From an uncultured Planctomycetota bacterium (lineage in GTDB: Bacteria > Planctomycetota > Planctomycetia > Pirellulales > Lacipirellulaceae): DNA of 64,000 bases. The notes beneath the pieces were generated by a model. It saw nothing but the letters and a program-made list of their open reading frames with translations. It made no database searches and was not told the origin of the DNA. A program made the position numbers and the translations under genes. Each line of letters starts with the position of its first letter. Position 1 is the stretch's first letter. Location of the stretch: contig CAVRBU010000002.1 of NCBI GenBank assembly GCA_963719315.1, positions 1 through 64,000 on the forward strand, written 5' to 3'. This document shows, piece after piece, positions 32,618 to 43,769 of the stretch.

Positions 32618-34162
32618 CTACTCGGCTTTAGAGATGCCGAGCCGTTTCATCTTCCATTGCAACGTCGATCGCTTCATTCCAAGACGGGCCGCGGCTCCTT
32701 TCGGCCCGCCAACCACCCAGCCGGTCTCGCGGAGGGCGTTCAGGATGTGCGCTCGTTCTGCATCGGTCAGCGTAACGGCTGATTCGCACGGCTCGGAAGT
32801 TTGATCCGGCAATTGCAAGTCGCCGAACGGGACCTGCAGCGATTTGCCAGGTGAAAGAATAACCGCGCGCTCAATCACATTCTGCAACTCGCGCACGTTG
32901 CCTGGCCAAGGGTAATGCGTCAGTGCCTCCATGGTTGCAGTTGGGATGCTTTCGATTCGTCGCCCCATCCTCCGTGCGAATCGCTGTGTGAAGTGGCGGG
33001 CCAAGCGTGGAATATCATCCGGGCGATCTCGCAGAGGCGGCAATACGACTGGGAAGACATTCAGACGGTAGTACAGATCGCCGCGGAAGCGGCCTTCCGC
33101 AACCATCTGCCCCAAATCTTGGTTGGTCGCAGCGATAAGCCGCACATCGACGCGGATGGTGCGAGTGCTGCCCAGGCGCTCGAATTCCTGCTCCTGCAGT
33201 ACGCGCAATAACTTAGGTTGTAACTCCAGTGGGATATCGCCTACCTCATCAAGAAAAAGAGTTCCCGCATTTGCCAGCTCGAAGCGGCCAATCTTTTGTG
33301 CGATGGCCCCAGTGAACGCCCCTTTCTCGTGACCAAATAATTCGCTCTCCAACAAGCCCAAAGGGATGGCCGCGCAGTTTAGCTTAACAAATGTGCGGTC
33401 GCGGCGCGTGCTTAAATCGTGCAGTGCGCGAGCGATCAGTTCTTTCCCCGTACCGGTTTCCCCGCAGATCAGTGCTGTCGAATCGGTTGGGGCGACAGTC
33501 TCAATCTTCTTGAGGACGGCGCGCAGTGTGCTGCTTTCCCCGACGATGTCGCCGAACTGCTCGGCGTGGACTTCCTCTTCTAAGTACACCTTTTCCTGCT
33601 GCAGTTTTTCGTTGAGAGCTTCGATTTCTTCGAAGGCTAAGGCGTTCTCGACTGCCACGGCCACCTGGTTAGCGACCTGCCGCAAGAATGGTAGGTCTCC
33701 CGCCTCGTAAGTGGACGCCTGCTTGGACGTGAATACCAGCGCGCCTAACCGCCGCCGGGAAGTCGTCAGCGGCAACCAGCAGTAACTCTCCACACCATAC
33801 GCCTGCACTCGTTCCAGCAACCGTGGCCAGCGCTTGAGTTCATCGATGTGAGAGGTGATGAGCGGCTGCTGAGTTTGCCAGACCAAACCCGCTGGATCGT
33901 CTTCCACGGGCAGAACGATTACCGTACCAGGTGGAACTGGTTCGCCGGTCTCCAGAACGTGCAGGCGCATGCTGCTCGTCTCCCCGTCGTGCAGCACCAA
34001 GGCAAGGTAGTCAAAAGGCACCAACCGACCGAGTTGGCCGGCTAAGTCGTGGAGCAGCGACGACAAATCGTAGTGCGAGATAATCGCTTCTGAAATCGCT
34101 AACAGCGCCTGGTAGCGATCACTGGTAGTAATTGCCGGGCCGTCGTCGTGGGCGTCTGTCAT
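32618..34162 (-). CDS. GAF-domain sigma54-dependent activator (FhlA-like)
   Basis: [29 protein letters not shown], Fis-type HTH. Confidence 0.95.
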   Translation of the reverse strand: MTDAHDDGPAITTSDRYQALLAISEAIISHYDLSSLLHDLAGQLGRLVPFDYLALVLHDGETSSMRLHVLETGEPVPPGTVIVLPVEDDPAGLVWQTQQPLITSHIDELKRWPRLLERVQAYGVESYCWLPLTTSRRRLGALVFTSKQASTYEAGDLPFLRQVANQVAVAVENALAFEEIEALNEKLQQEKVYLEEEVHAEQFGDIVGESSTLRAVLKKIETVAPTDSTALICGETGTGKELIARALHDLSTRRDRTFVKLNCAAIPLGLLESELFGHEKGAFTGAIAQKIGRFELANAGTLFLDEVGDIPLELQPKLLRVLQEQEFERLGSTRTIRVDVRLIAATNQDLGQMVAEGRFRGDLYYRLNVFPVVLPPLRDRPDDIPRLARHFTQRFARRMGRRIESIPTATMEALTHYPWPGNVRELQNVIERAVILSPGKSLQVPFGDLQLPDQTSEPCESAVTLTDAERAHILNALRETGWVVGGPKGAAARLGMKRSTLQWKMKRLGISKAE

Positions 34163-34534
34163 CGCGAAGAGCCTTGGTCAGTGAGCTTTGCGCGCTACCA
34201 AATCCAGAACTGGTCGCCACGTCCTCAAAGCTCCCGTTATAGCCGTATTCTACTCTATTTAGGTCGCCCGGAGATAGGCGATAGCTTCTCGGTTCACAAC
34301 GTCAATACGCGGATTGAATGATTGACGTTACGCGCCTCAGTGGCGCACACGGAGGGACGATTCAATTTAATTTGCCAATAGCGGCTTCTGAGGTCAAAGC
34401 GCGCCGTCGAAAATGATTTGTCCGCCGTCGACGATTGGCCCCACGTGTTGCGACTGAGAACGCAAAGGGGGGCGTGACATCCGTTGCGAGCAGAGTTTGG
34501 ATTCGGAACCGAGGCGTTCAAAAAAGGTCGGTGC

Positions 34535-34970
34535 TATTCGTTAGGAGCAATTGTGGCCTAGAAGAGGCCGTCGCAACTCCAGCTTTGACGAGGGACCCCC
34601 GACAGCCTTGGTCAAGGCATGAAACGGTTCGCAGAAGCAATTCGAGAGAAAACTCGAACCTACGACCCTGAGACAACGCACCGCGCAACACCAGCACGTC
34701 GTCAATTCTGTACGACACCTTGCTTGCCCGGTGAGCCGCGGCGAGACGCACTGCAGTTAGTAGATTTCGCTGCAAAAAGACACTAAACCGATTGGTCGAT
34801 TGATTGCTCCAACAGATGCGCGACCAATAATCGCGGCGAGCGATGTTAGATATTCAGGTGTCGCAGAGTCGCAAAGGAGGAAGTCTAGTTGCGACTTCCC
34901 CCTTTGACGTGCGCTAGAAGCTGCTTGGGCTATTTTGGCTAAGTCCTTTACGGACTTGGACTACTGAAAA
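34535..34970. repeat. Conserved island end, homologous to ~55146-55584
   Basis: Shared blocks CCTAGAAGAG, GTCAAGGC, CGACCCTGAGACAACGCACCGCGC, CGCAAAGGRGGA..GACTTCCYCCTTTG, CTAAGTCC, GAAAA. Confidence 0.85.
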
Positions 34971-35012
34971 TGGCGGGGACAGGATTCGAACCTGCGACCT
35001 CGAGGTTATGAG
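34971..35012 (-). repeat. tRNA-Met(CAT) 3' half, att core copy 2
   Basis: Identical 42-mer to 6332-6373. Confidence 0.93.
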
Positions 35013-35297
35013 TTTAATCGTAGGATTCTCGTAACTTCGCTCTTTGCCGACACTTGTGAATCTTACATCCTCCTTTGCGGACGTGCAAGTTTTGTTATTC
35101 TTTGCCGTTGATTATCAAGTATTGCAAATATCGCCTTCGCACAGGGGGAAGCTAACGGTTGGTTCCCACGACGTGATGTCGAATAGCGTGGCGAGGTTAA
35201 CCAGCTGATATCAAGGCTCTGTAGCCGGCGATTTCCTGATTTCTGCAGCGAATCACCCGCCCATTCTCGAGTGAGAGCGTCCACGTGAATGTCGCAT

Positions 35298-36092
35298 TCA
35301 ACTCGCCCTCCGCGGGCCGGGAAAGAACGCATTGGTGCGAGCCATGTAAGCAACGTAGTCGGGTCGACGGTCAGCAATCGTGTTTTCGAGCAGCCTTACT
35401 CCTGACACCTTCAAGAGCAAGAATGTTATCAGCAGCGGACTGAAAAAAGTCATCCAGGTACCACCGGCCGCCGCGATCAGATAGAGTCCCCACCAAACAC
35501 AGAAGTCGCCAAAGTAATTGGGGTGCCGAGTGTATTGCCATAAACCATGGTCCATAACTCGCCCCGCGTTGTTTGGATCTATCTTGAATCGCGCAAGTTG
35601 CCAGTCGGCGACGGCCTCGAAAAACAGGCCGAGACCCCAAATTGTGATCCCGGCCACGTCAAGCCAGCCGGGCGGAACAGATGAATTCAGCGCCGCGGCG
35701 CATTGGATCGGAAGTGACACAAACCAAAGAATCGCTGCTTGCAGCAGAAATACGGTAAAGAGACTCACCCACCAGAATCGACGGCCATGATGAGTTCGCA
35801 TCGCGGCGTAGCGGCGGTCTTCGCCGTGTCCCAAGTTGCGCCACAACAGGAAAAGTGACAGGCGCAGGCCCCAGATAGTCGTCAAGCTGGAAAGGATTAG
35901 GACACGCAGTGAAGCCGGTGAATTCATGTACCAAGCGACCCAGGCCACAATGACGAAACCAGCGCCCCAAAACGGATCGACGATGCTCACGTCACGCCGC
36001 ACCGTGCTGATGACCCACAGCGCGAACATGACGAGCATGATCACGAGGAGGTTCATCAGCAATGTTTGCATCAGAGGAGACATGATATTCAA
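35298..36092 (-). CDS. DUF1295 / steroid 5-alpha-reductase-like membrane protein
   Basis: SIVDPFWG, GEDRRY, ADWQL, GLWQYTRHPNYFG. Confidence 0.9.
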   Translation of the reverse strand: MNIMSPLMQTLLMNLLVIMLVMFALWVISTVRRDVSIVDPFWGAGFVIVAWVAWYMNSPASLRVLILSSLTTIWGLRLSLFLLWRNLGHGEDRRYAAMRTHHGRRFWWVSLFTVFLLQAAILWFVSLPIQCAAALNSSVPPGWLDVAGITIWGLGLFFEAVADWQLARFKIDPNNAGRVMDHGLWQYTRHPNYFGDFCVWWGLYLIAAAGGTWMTFFSPLLITFLLLKVSGVRLLENTIADRRPDYVAYMARTNAFFPGPRRAS

Positions 36093-37165
36093 TACTTATG
36101 CGTCCCGTTGGATTTAGAGGGCGCAACATTTTCCAACACGTAATGCGATACGAACCACTCGTCACCGCCCGCAAAGCCGAACAGTTCGGCGACAGCAAGG
36201 AAGAACATCCGCCAGCGGTTTAGCCAGCGGCTCGCTGCGTTTGTGCCATAAACCGCTGCCAATATCGGCAGCACGTCGTCACGTCGGGCGTCCAGGTTGG
36301 CGAGCCACGCGTCAGCCGTTCGCTTGTAATGTCGGCCGCTCCAAGAATACTGCTGAGACACCGTCAAGGAGTGATTGAATTGGTTTAGGAGGTCGACGCT
36401 CGGCATGATACCGCCAGTGAAAAAATGGCGTCCCATCCAATTTGCCGCGCCGACCGTCTCCAATGGATACGACAGGCTGCGGTGGCAGAAAATGTGAATG
36501 AACAGCTTTCCGTCCGGTCTGAGCCACGACGCGATGCGCTGCAGCAGAGATTCGTAGTTTCGCATGTGCTCAAACATTTCCACGGAGACAACACGGTCGA
36601 ATGTTAGCTCACCCGGCCCGAAGTCGTTCATGTCGGACGTGATGACCCGAAGGTTTTTCAAACCACGCGACAGGGTCTCTGCTTCAATAAAGTGCCGCTG
36701 AGGGGCCGAGTTGGAAACGGCCGTGATCCGGCTGTTTCGGAAACGCTCTGCCATCCACAATGAAAGCGACCCCCAACCGCAACCTAGTTCAAGAATTTGT
36801 TGACCGTCGGCAATATCGGCACGCTTGCAGGTCACCGCCAACGCGGCTTCTTCGGTTTCGGGCAGAGTGGTAAGGTCACTCGGAAAGTAACAGCAGCTGT
36901 ATTTGCGCCGCGGACCGAGAACGGCTGCGAAGAACTCTGGCGGCAGCTCATAATGCTGCTGATTCGCCATTTTCGGAACGAGTGCGATTGGGCCTGAACG
37001 CATTGATTCGAGAAACACCGCGCGCGATGAGTCGTTAAAGCCGCCCAAATCTTGCCGTGATTGTCGAATGCGCTCGCGACACAGACGACGGATCGCCATG
37101 CGAGTTACAACGTCGGGCACAAGCCCTTGCTCGATTGCTTCGATTCCAATTGCCGTAACGCTCAT
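36089..37165 (-). CDS. Cyclopropane-fatty-acyl synthase-like SAM methyltransferase (short type)
   Basis: ANQQHYE, KYSCCYF, LELGCGWGS, SVEMFEHM. Confidence 0.9.
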   Translation of the reverse strand: MSVTAIGIEAIEQGLVPDVVTRMAIRRLCRERIRQSRQDLGGFNDSSRAVFLESMRSGPIALVPKMANQQHYELPPEFFAAVLGPRRKYSCCYFPSDLTTLPETEEAALAVTCKRADIADGQQILELGCGWGSLSLWMAERFRNSRITAVSNSAPQRHFIEAETLSRGLKNLRVITSDMNDFGPGELTFDRVVSVEMFEHMRNYESLLQRIASWLRPDGKLFIHIFCHRSLSYPLETVGAANWMGRHFFTGGIMPSVDLLNQFNHSLTVSQQYSWSGRHYKRTADAWLANLDARRDDVLPILAAVYGTNAASRWLNRWRMFFLAVAELFGFAGGDEWFVSHYVLENVAPSKSNGTHKY

Positions 37166-37176
37166 GCAAGCCCTCA

Positions 37177-38514
37177 CTACACGCACAGCGATCGCTCGCG
37201 AGGCGGTCGAACAAGAGGCTTAGTTGTTTCGGCGCAATTCTGTTGCGCAGCACAACCTCTGCCCAGATCGACCAAGTCGCGTCGGCATTCTGGCTTGTCA
37301 AACTGAATCTGCAGCACGCCGACGTGGCGTTCTTCGAAAGCGGCTTCGCAATAACAGAGGTAGTAGTTCCATAACCGGATAAACTCTTCCGAGTACCCCA
37401 GTCGCCGCACATCGTCGAGCCGCATGTGGAAGGCTTTCCGCCAACGCCGCAAGGTCTCAGCGTAGTGCGGAGCAAAATCTTCGGCATGCACGAATCTCAG
37501 GTCGGTCGCGCGGCCGATGGAAGCCAAGATTGCGCCGAGCGACGGCAGGCATCCGCCGGGAAAGACGTAGCGTTGAATGAAGTCGACCGATTTCAGATAC
37601 TGCCCGTAGCCGCGTTCAGGCATAACAATCGCCTGCAAAACCAGCGAACCATCTGGCCGGAGCAATCTGCCGCACTGGCGAAAGTAATCATCCAAGAACC
37701 GATAACCAACTGCTTCGATCATTTCAATGGAGACCAGTTTGTCGAATTGGCCGCGCAACTCGCGATAGTCCTGCTGCTGCAGCGTGACCTGGCTCGCTAA
37801 CCCCGCCTCATTGATACGCTGCTGTGCGACTTCGAACTGTTCCCGCGAAATCGTGGTCGTTGTTACGTGGCAGCCGTAATTCTTCGCTGCGTGGATCGCA
37901 AAGCCACCCCAGCCGGTGCCGATTTCCAATACTTCGTCCGACGGCCGAAGACCGAGTTTGCGGCAGACGCGGTCGAACTTTTCGACCGACGCCTCTCGCA
38001 GTGAAACTCCAGGTGCGGGAAAGATGCCGCTGGAATACGCCATCGTGTCGTCGAGCCACAAGCGAAAGAAATCGTTGCCGAGGTCGTAATGAGCGCCAAT
38101 GTTGCGGCGGCTCCCCTGACGCGTGTTTGAGCGCCACCAGTGAAAGAGTCGATGAAAATGGCTCGCGAGTCTCGCCAAGCCGCCATCGAGCCGGTCGGCG
38201 GAACTGCGGTTCCGAACGAGTATCCGAAACAGACTCGTCAAATCGGCGCATTCCCAATCGCCGCACAGATACGAGTCGGCAACCGACAACGTACCGCCCA
38301 ACACGGCTTGCCGAAAGAATCGCGGACGGTGGACCAGCATCGTTGCCTGCAAATCGGCGGGCTGGCCAAGCGTCGATGATCCGCTCGCATCACGCACCGT
38401 AATTTCGCCACGACCTAACCCGGTGAGTTGATTCATCACAACTCGTCGGGCCAGACGGTCGATGAAGCTGAGGGGAACTGGGGCAGTTTGATTTGCCGCA
38501 GGCGCGTTGCTCAT
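37177..38514 (-). CDS. Cyclopropane-fatty-acyl-phospholipid synthase family (Cfa/UfaM-like)
   Basis: [36 protein letters not shown]. Confidence 0.93.
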   Translation of the reverse strand: MSNAPAANQTAPVPLSFIDRLARRVVMNQLTGLGRGEITVRDASGSSTLGQPADLQATMLVHRPRFFRQAVLGGTLSVADSYLCGDWECADLTSLFRILVRNRSSADRLDGGLARLASHFHRLFHWWRSNTRQGSRRNIGAHYDLGNDFFRLWLDDTMAYSSGIFPAPGVSLREASVEKFDRVCRKLGLRPSDEVLEIGTGWGGFAIHAAKNYGCHVTTTTISREQFEVAQQRINEAGLASQVTLQQQDYRELRGQFDKLVSIEMIEAVGYRFLDDYFRQCGRLLRPDGSLVLQAIVMPERGYGQYLKSVDFIQRYVFPGGCLPSLGAILASIGRATDLRFVHAEDFAPHYAETLRRWRKAFHMRLDDVRRLGYSEEFIRLWNYYLCYCEAAFEERHVGVLQIQFDKPECRRDLVDLGRGCAAQQNCAETTKPLVRPPRERSLCV

Positions 38515-39371
38515 GAGGAAACTTTCTGCAGTCCTTGGTCGTCCGCCCGGACGATCGAGCGGGGTGGTTTCAAGGGGATCTGCGCTGGGGCCGACCGGCT
38601 TCTACCGGGGCCGTTCGTTTTCGGGTGCGGAACGAACGGCACTCGCTTTTGCCACAGGCGAAATGCTTGCCAATAGATTCCGGCAAACACTTGGGCCGTC
38701 ATAAGCGGATAACGGCACAGTACCCTCGCTAATTCGCTGCCGTTCAGGGGACGGCGGCAAAGCGTCAGCGTGGCATCGAACACCGGCTTCACTTCCGTCG
38801 CGGGTCGTTCGTGGCTTTCGATGCGAACCGCGAGCGTTTCGCTGGGTGCCGTGAGCCGAAACCTATAATCGAAGTCCATACCAAGGAACGGCGAGACGTG
38901 GAGCTCCTTGGGTGCTCTGGCACTGATCGTGCGGCCTTGCTGAGTCCGCACCTCGAGCACATAGCAATGCTGTTCGCCCCACGGCGTGTTGGTTACCTCG
39001 GCGACGACGGACTGGATTCGCTCATCGGCGTCGAAGCAGTAATAGAGGCTAATCGGGTTCATCGCGAAGCCGAGATAGCGGAAGTGGGTGAGCAGCCGAA
39101 TCGGACCAGCCGGCCGTTTGCCAGTGTGATCCCAAACCAAGTCGCGGACCGATTCTGCGAGCGGCTGGTCTGCCGGACCGAGATGGTCGGCACGACGCAA
39201 CCATGCCAGGTTTGGACGGTTGGCCGACCACAGCCAGCGGTGACGAAACAGCGTCGGCAACTCGTCCAAATCGACGTACATCAAGAACAGTCGATTACGA
39301 AACTCGTGATTCACCGGTGCGAGTCGCCGGTGCTGAACCTCGCCTTCATAGATGCAGCTTTGGATGCTCAT
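38511..39371 (-). CDS. DUF1365 family protein (UfaO-like)
   Basis: [33 protein letters not shown]. Confidence 0.92.
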   Translation of the reverse strand: MSIQSCIYEGEVQHRRLAPVNHEFRNRLFLMYVDLDELPTLFRHRWLWSANRPNLAWLRRADHLGPADQPLAESVRDLVWDHTGKRPAGPIRLLTHFRYLGFAMNPISLYYCFDADERIQSVVAEVTNTPWGEQHCYVLEVRTQQGRTISARAPKELHVSPFLGMDFDYRFRLTAPSETLAVRIESHERPATEVKPVFDATLTLCRRPLNGSELARVLCRYPLMTAQVFAGIYWQAFRLWQKRVPFVPHPKTNGPGRSRSAPAQIPLKPPRSIVRADDQGLQKVSS

Positions 39372-40705
39372 TCGACGACTCCGGCAAGTGGAGTTGGACA
39401 GGCTCTTTTACACGCCCGGGGTGGCGACGACTTCAACGACGATCCTAAATCGGCCGAGGAATCTTTCTGCCGGATGGCATTCACAACCGCCAGCGCGCTG
39501 ACGACACCGTCTTCGTGAAAACCATTTCGCCAGTAGGCTCCGCAGTACGAGGTGCAGTTGGCGTTCAGAACCTCAGCGTGACGAGCCTGGGCGGACCGGC
39601 GTTGTGTCGTAAACACGGGGTGTTGGTATTCACACCTTCGCAGCACCAGCTCGGGCGCAATGCGCGATTTGTCATTTAATGTCACGCAGAACGTGTGCCG
39701 CGAGCGAACCCCTTGCAACATATTCATGTTGTAGGTGACGCTTGCAGGGCACGAGTCGTCGCCGTTTAGGCGATAGTTCCAACTTGCCCACGCCCGTTTA
39801 GTCCGTGGCAATAGCGACACGTCGGTGTGTAATACAGCTACATTTTGTTCATAGGGAAACGCCGACAGGATTTCTCGCTCTTCCGTCGTTGCTGCTTCGC
39901 CAAGAATTCGCAACGCCTGATCGCTATGACAAGCGAAGATCACATGGTCGAAGGACTCACTCGACCGGCCGCGCGGCTGCAGGTCGACGCGATTCGGAAA
40001 CCGCCGAACGCTGTGCACCGGCGTTCGCAGCCGAATTCTATCACGAAAGGTGCGCGTCATCGCTTCCACGTACGTCCGTGAACCCCCCTCGACAACGCGC
40101 CATGTCGGCCGTCGAAACACATTGAGTAAGCCGTGATTGCGGTAGAAGTCGACGATAAACCGGATCGGAAACTGCGCGAACGTCCCGATCGGGCAGGACC
40201 AGATCGCCGCGCCCATGGGAAGCAGATAGTACCTCGCAAACTCCTCCGAAAATCGGTGCTGAAGCAGGTATTCGCCAACCGTGATCTCGTTGTTGCCTTC
40301 AAAGACGAGATGCCGGGCCTCCCGATTGAATCGCAGGATGTCGGCCAGCATTCGATAGAAGCGCCGCCGCACAAGATTGCGACGCTGAGCGAACAGCGTG
40401 TTCAGCGAATGGCCGTTATATTCCAGGCCGCTCCGCTCGTCGCGTACGCTAAAACTCATCGTCGTCGACCTCGATGCGACACCCAGTTCTTCGAGCAGCT
40501 GAATGAAGTGCGGATAAGTCCAGTCGTTAAACACGATAAAGCCCGTGTCGATGGCGTGCCGTTCGCCATCAAGTTCGACATCAATCGTGTTCGTATGGCC
40601 GCCGATATAATCGTTAGCTTCAAACACTGTGATGTCGTGTTCCGCACACAGCCGATATGCCGCCACGAGTCCCGAAATGCCTGCACCAATCACGGCAATT
40701 TTCAT
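39368..40705 (-). CDS. FAD-dependent oxidoreductase (UfaD-like)
   Basis: [35 protein letters not shown]. Confidence 0.92.
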   Translation of the reverse strand: MKIAVIGAGISGLVAAYRLCAEHDITVFEANDYIGGHTNTIDVELDGERHAIDTGFIVFNDWTYPHFIQLLEELGVASRSTTMSFSVRDERSGLEYNGHSLNTLFAQRRNLVRRRFYRMLADILRFNREARHLVFEGNNEITVGEYLLQHRFSEEFARYYLLPMGAAIWSCPIGTFAQFPIRFIVDFYRNHGLLNVFRRPTWRVVEGGSRTYVEAMTRTFRDRIRLRTPVHSVRRFPNRVDLQPRGRSSESFDHVIFACHSDQALRILGEAATTEEREILSAFPYEQNVAVLHTDVSLLPRTKRAWASWNYRLNGDDSCPASVTYNMNMLQGVRSRHTFCVTLNDKSRIAPELVLRRCEYQHPVFTTQRRSAQARHAEVLNANCTSYCGAYWRNGFHEDGVVSALAVVNAIRQKDSSADLGSSLKSSPPRACKRACPTPLAGVVE

Positions 40706-40788
40706 GTCTCAATCTCAGCAAATTTACAACAGTTGCTAACGGAGCCAGTAGTTTCTCGAGCGGCCGCCTGATTCGGATCGCAATCTGC

Positions 40789-40965
40789 TCAGCTAGTATG
40801 CTGAATTGTCTGAGGGGTCTCACGCAGCTCGCCACGCAGCACGCGAACCGACTTGGGCGCTTCAATACCGATCTTGATTCGGTCGCCTTGGATCGCCGTG
40901 ACGACGACTACGATGTCCCCCGCAATCCTAATTCGTTCGCCGACTTTTCGGGAAAGAACCAACAT
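40789..40965 (-). CDS. csrA: Carbon storage regulator CsrA family
   Basis: MLVLSRKVGERIRI...IGIEAPKSVRVLRGEL; AGGAGG RBS. Confidence 0.9.
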   Translation of the reverse strand: MLVLSRKVGERIRIAGDIVVVVTAIQGDRIKIGIEAPKSVRVLRGELRETPQTIQHTS

Positions 40966-41047
40966 CCGTTCATCCTCCTGCGCGGCACCACGGCCACACC
41001 GCAACTTCTCCTAGGATACTCTTATTCTTGCCAAGCACCTTGGTGAT

Positions 41048-41152
41048 TCAATCTTTAACATCTGTTTCAACCGCATAGACCAGTATCACCGTGGCGACCA
41101 CGCACAATAAGGTCGCGAAACAGCCGACAACAAAAATAATCCAGTCAGTCAT
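41048..41152 (-). CDS. 34-aa single-TM protein (not in ORF track)
   Basis: MTDWIIFVVGCFATLLCVVATVILVYAVETDVKD; ATG overlaps the end of ORF 41145-41327. Confidence 0.6.
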   Translation of the reverse strand: MTDWIIFVVGCFATLLCVVATVILVYAVETDVKD

Positions 41153-41327
41153 GACGTCGCCCTCTGTCGTTGGTGACCAGGGCGCCGAATGACAGAATGG
41201 ACGGAACCCACAGTCCCACGAAAAGACCCTGTTCCTTGTCTACGAAAAACCAGAGGTAGACCGAGAACAAGAAGGAGAGCCCGGCGGCGGCCAGGATTAG
41301 GAGCTTCGCCGTCTTCACGCTAGTCAT
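41145..41327 (-). CDS. Small 2-TM membrane protein
   Basis: Hydrophobic 60 aa with GLFVGLWVPSIL; AGGA RBS. Confidence 0.75.
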   Translation of the reverse strand: MTSVKTAKLLILAAAGLSFLFSVYLWFFVDKEQGLFVGLWVPSILSFGALVTNDRGRRHD

Positions 41328-41365
41328 GGTTCATTTCCTGTGTGAATTGCGGTACCCGGTAAGAG

Positions 41366-41403
41366 AAAAAAGTCATGGCTGGCGGGCGGCCGCCAGCCAT
41401 GAC
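41366..41403 (-). terminator. Intrinsic terminator after the fasciclin gene
   Basis: 14-bp stem GTCATGGCTGGCGG / CCGCCAGCCATGAC followed by T6 on the minus strand. Confidence 0.8.
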
Positions 41404-41418
41404 CTCCAATTACACAAA

Positions 41419-42375
41419 CTACTCTTTGGGCAGTAGAACTGCGTCGATCACATGGATCACGCCATTGCCGCAGTCGATGTCGGCCTTGACCACCTTGGCA
41501 TTGTTGATCTTCACGCCGTCCTTGGCATCGATCGTCGCGGTTTGACCCAGCAAGGTCTCTGCCGATTTGAGCTTCACGGCGTCGGCAGCCTTTACCTTCC
41601 CGGCGACCACGTGGTAGGTCAGAATCGCTACCAGCTTGTCCTTGTTCTCGGGCTTGAGAAGCATCTCGACAGTGCCCGCGGGCAGCTTCGCGAAGGCTTC
41701 ATCGGTAGGCGCGAAGACGGTGAAAGGCCCTTTGCCCTTCAAAGTCTCAACGAGTCCAGCCGCCTTGAGAGCGGCAGCCAGCGTCTTGAACGAGCCCGCC
41801 TTCACAGCCGTGTCAACGATATCCATCGGCCCTTCCTTGGGAAGCAGAACCGTATCGATGACATGGATCACGCCGTTGCCGCAGGCAATGTCGGTCTTTC
41901 CGACGTTCGCATCGTTCACCATCACCTTACCGTCAGCGACCCTGATCTTTACCTCAGAACCCTGAACCGTCTTGGCTTTCGAGAGTTTCACAACATCTGC
42001 GGCCATGACCTTTCCGGCCACCACATGGTAAGTCAAGATCGCCGCCAGCTTGTCCTTATTGTCCGGCTCGAGCAGTGTCTCGACCGTGCCGGCGGGCAGC
42101 TTCGCGAAGGCTTCATCGCTCGGCGCGAAGACGGTGAACGGCCCCTTGCCCTTCAACGTGTCCATAAGTCCAGCCGCCTTTAGGGCAGCGGCCAGCGTCT
42201 TAAAAGAGCCCGCCTTCACCGCGGTGTCGACAATATCCATCTTCGTTTCCTTCTCATAGGCGACTGTAGTGACGGAGTGTTTTGCACACTTCTTGCCGGC
42301 CACAGCAGCCGACGATGCGGCCAACAGGATGGCAACGACGCTTAACATAACTGAACTTTTCAAAGCACACGACAT
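41419..42375 (-). CDS. Secreted protein with two tandem FAS1 (fasciclin) domains
   Basis: Signal peptide; two near-identical [16 protein letters not shown]...TVFAP.DEAF...NGVIHVID domains. Confidence 0.95.
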   Translation of the reverse strand: MSCALKSSVMLSVVAILLAASSAAVAGKKCAKHSVTTVAYEKETKMDIVDTAVKAGSFKTLAAALKAAGLMDTLKGKGPFTVFAPSDEAFAKLPAGTVETLLEPDNKDKLAAILTYHVVAGKVMAADVVKLSKAKTVQGSEVKIRVADGKVMVNDANVGKTDIACGNGVIHVIDTVLLPKEGPMDIVDTAVKAGSFKTLAAALKAAGLVETLKGKGPFTVFAPTDEAFAKLPAGTVEMLLKPENKDKLVAILTYHVVAGKVKAADAVKLKSAETLLGQTATIDAKDGVKINNAKVVKADIDCGNGVIHVIDAVLLPKE

Positions 42376-42568
42376 GACACATTCCTTTTCAAACAGGGAA
42401 AAACAGACTGAACCAAACACTTGGACGAATCGACTTGCTGACGCTGGTTGTCACGGCGGCCGCCACCCGGGAAGGCGTGCCATGAGAAGTTCCGATAACG
42501 GTTGAAATCCAGTTCATCCTTCGGTTCCCAAGTTTGGACCAACAAATCGTGCAAATCGTTCACACGGA

Positions 42569-42598
42569 GTTATACGCGACCACACCTGCGTTCGTCAA
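42569..42598 (-). promoter_or_regulatory. Putative sigma70 promoter for the fasciclin/lipid arm
   Basis: TTGACG-18 bp-TATAAC. Confidence 0.5.
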
Positions 42599-42699
42599 CA
42601 ACCATTTATAGAATTCACCCTCCATAGCCGGTGTATTGTGCTGCAAATAAAAGCCAACACAGGACTTATGGCAAACGAGAAATCTCATATCGGCTGTAG

Positions 42700-42728
42700 T
42701 GGACAACGTATCTGTCCGACTCTATAAT
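42700..42728 (+). promoter_or_regulatory. Putative sigma70 promoter for the regulator-dps-uvsE arm
   Basis: TGGACA-17 bp-TATAAT, 38 bp before ATG 42767. Confidence 0.7.
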
Positions 42729-42766
42729 TCGTTCAAATCATTCACTCAAGCCCGATTGGCACACGC

Positions 42767-43702
42767 ATGACAAAGAGCCCTCAACTCGTATCTCCCAAGC
42801 AAGTGGCGCGAGCGATCGGCGTTAGCGAATCGTCGTTGAAACGCTGGTGCGACCAGGGGCTGATCAAGACGGTCCGCACCGCTGGCGGTCACCGTAAGAT
42901 GGATATCGCCGAGGTTGTACGATACGTCCGCGAACAGAATCACAAACTGGTTTCACCGGAAATCCTCGGCCTGCCGCCGGCCAGCGACCATGCCAGTACT
43001 GGTGTGACGCATCGCGCGCAGCGGCTCGTCGACGCCCTGTTAGCCGGAGACGAGCTAGTTGCACGGCAGATCGTATTCGACCTATACCTGGCCAAGCACT
43101 CGCGGAGTGTGATCTTCGACGAGGTGATTGCTGCGGCCTTTCGTGAGATTGGGGAGCGCTGGGCATGTCAAGACGCGGAGGTCTACCAGGAACGACGAGC
43201 GTGTGAGATTGCACTGCGCGTTCTGTTCGACCTGCGGCGCGTGCAGCAAGTGCCTGAAATGAAATGGTTGGCAACCGGTGGCACGATCGAGGGCGACCTG
43301 TACTCGTTGCCGTCGGCGATGGCGGAGTTGGTGTTGCGCGACTGTGGCATTTACGCGACTTCGCTGGGCGCTTCGATCCCGTATTCTTCGCTCGTCAAAG
43401 CCGTCCAAGAGACGAAGCCCAAGCTGTTTTGGCTGAGTGTGTCGCACATTCGCGAGGGACTGAATTTCGTCACTGAATTCGCGGCTTTGTCGCAAGCGTG
43501 TACGGCTGCCGACACGGCGCTCGTTGTTGGAGGCCGAGCACTGACGGAGGAGTTGCGGCAACGCATGACCTACTCGGCGTACTGTGACACCATGCAACAC
43601 CTCGAAGCGTTCGCCACAACTCTGCACCGCTCGTTGACGAGTGGTCGCAAGACAAAGAAAAACGCCATGCCGCGGACGCCAACTCGCGCATCACGGAAGT
43701 AA
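42767..43702 (+). CDS. MerR-type HTH + B12-binding-like regulator (CarH/LitR-like, atypical)
   Basis: IGVSESSLKRW...RTAGGHR; helical bundle IGERW-x9-ER; Rossmann-like SLGASIP...VGGRA. Confidence 0.85.
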   Translation: MTKSPQLVSPKQVARAIGVSESSLKRWCDQGLIKTVRTAGGHRKMDIAEVVRYVREQNHKLVSPEILGLPPASDHASTGVTHRAQRLVDALLAGDELVARQIVFDLYLAKHSRSVIFDEVIAAAFREIGERWACQDAEVYQERRACEIALRVLFDLRRVQQVPEMKWLATGGTIEGDLYSLPSAMAELVLRDCGIYATSLGASIPYSSLVKAVQETKPKLFWLSVSHIREGLNFVTEFAALSQACTAADTALVVGGRALTEELRQRMTYSAYCDTMQHLEAFATTLHRSLTSGRKTKKNAMPRTPTRASRK

Positions 43703-43769
43703 GGAAATTGTGCATCTGTTAAGTGTCAACTGGTCAACACCGTAAAGGTACCCAAAGGAATAATTTGAA

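Larger units (their letters stand above)
6374..34970. mobile_element. Genomic island A between tRNA-Met fragments 1 and 2 (no integrase recognised)
   Basis: Bounded by identical 42-bp tRNA fragments; both ends homologous to ends of neighbouring islands. Confidence 0.8.

Noticed and set aside
41419..42240. ~400-bp direct repeat as a mobile or regulatory repeat
   Set aside because: Explained by the two tandem FAS1 domains.
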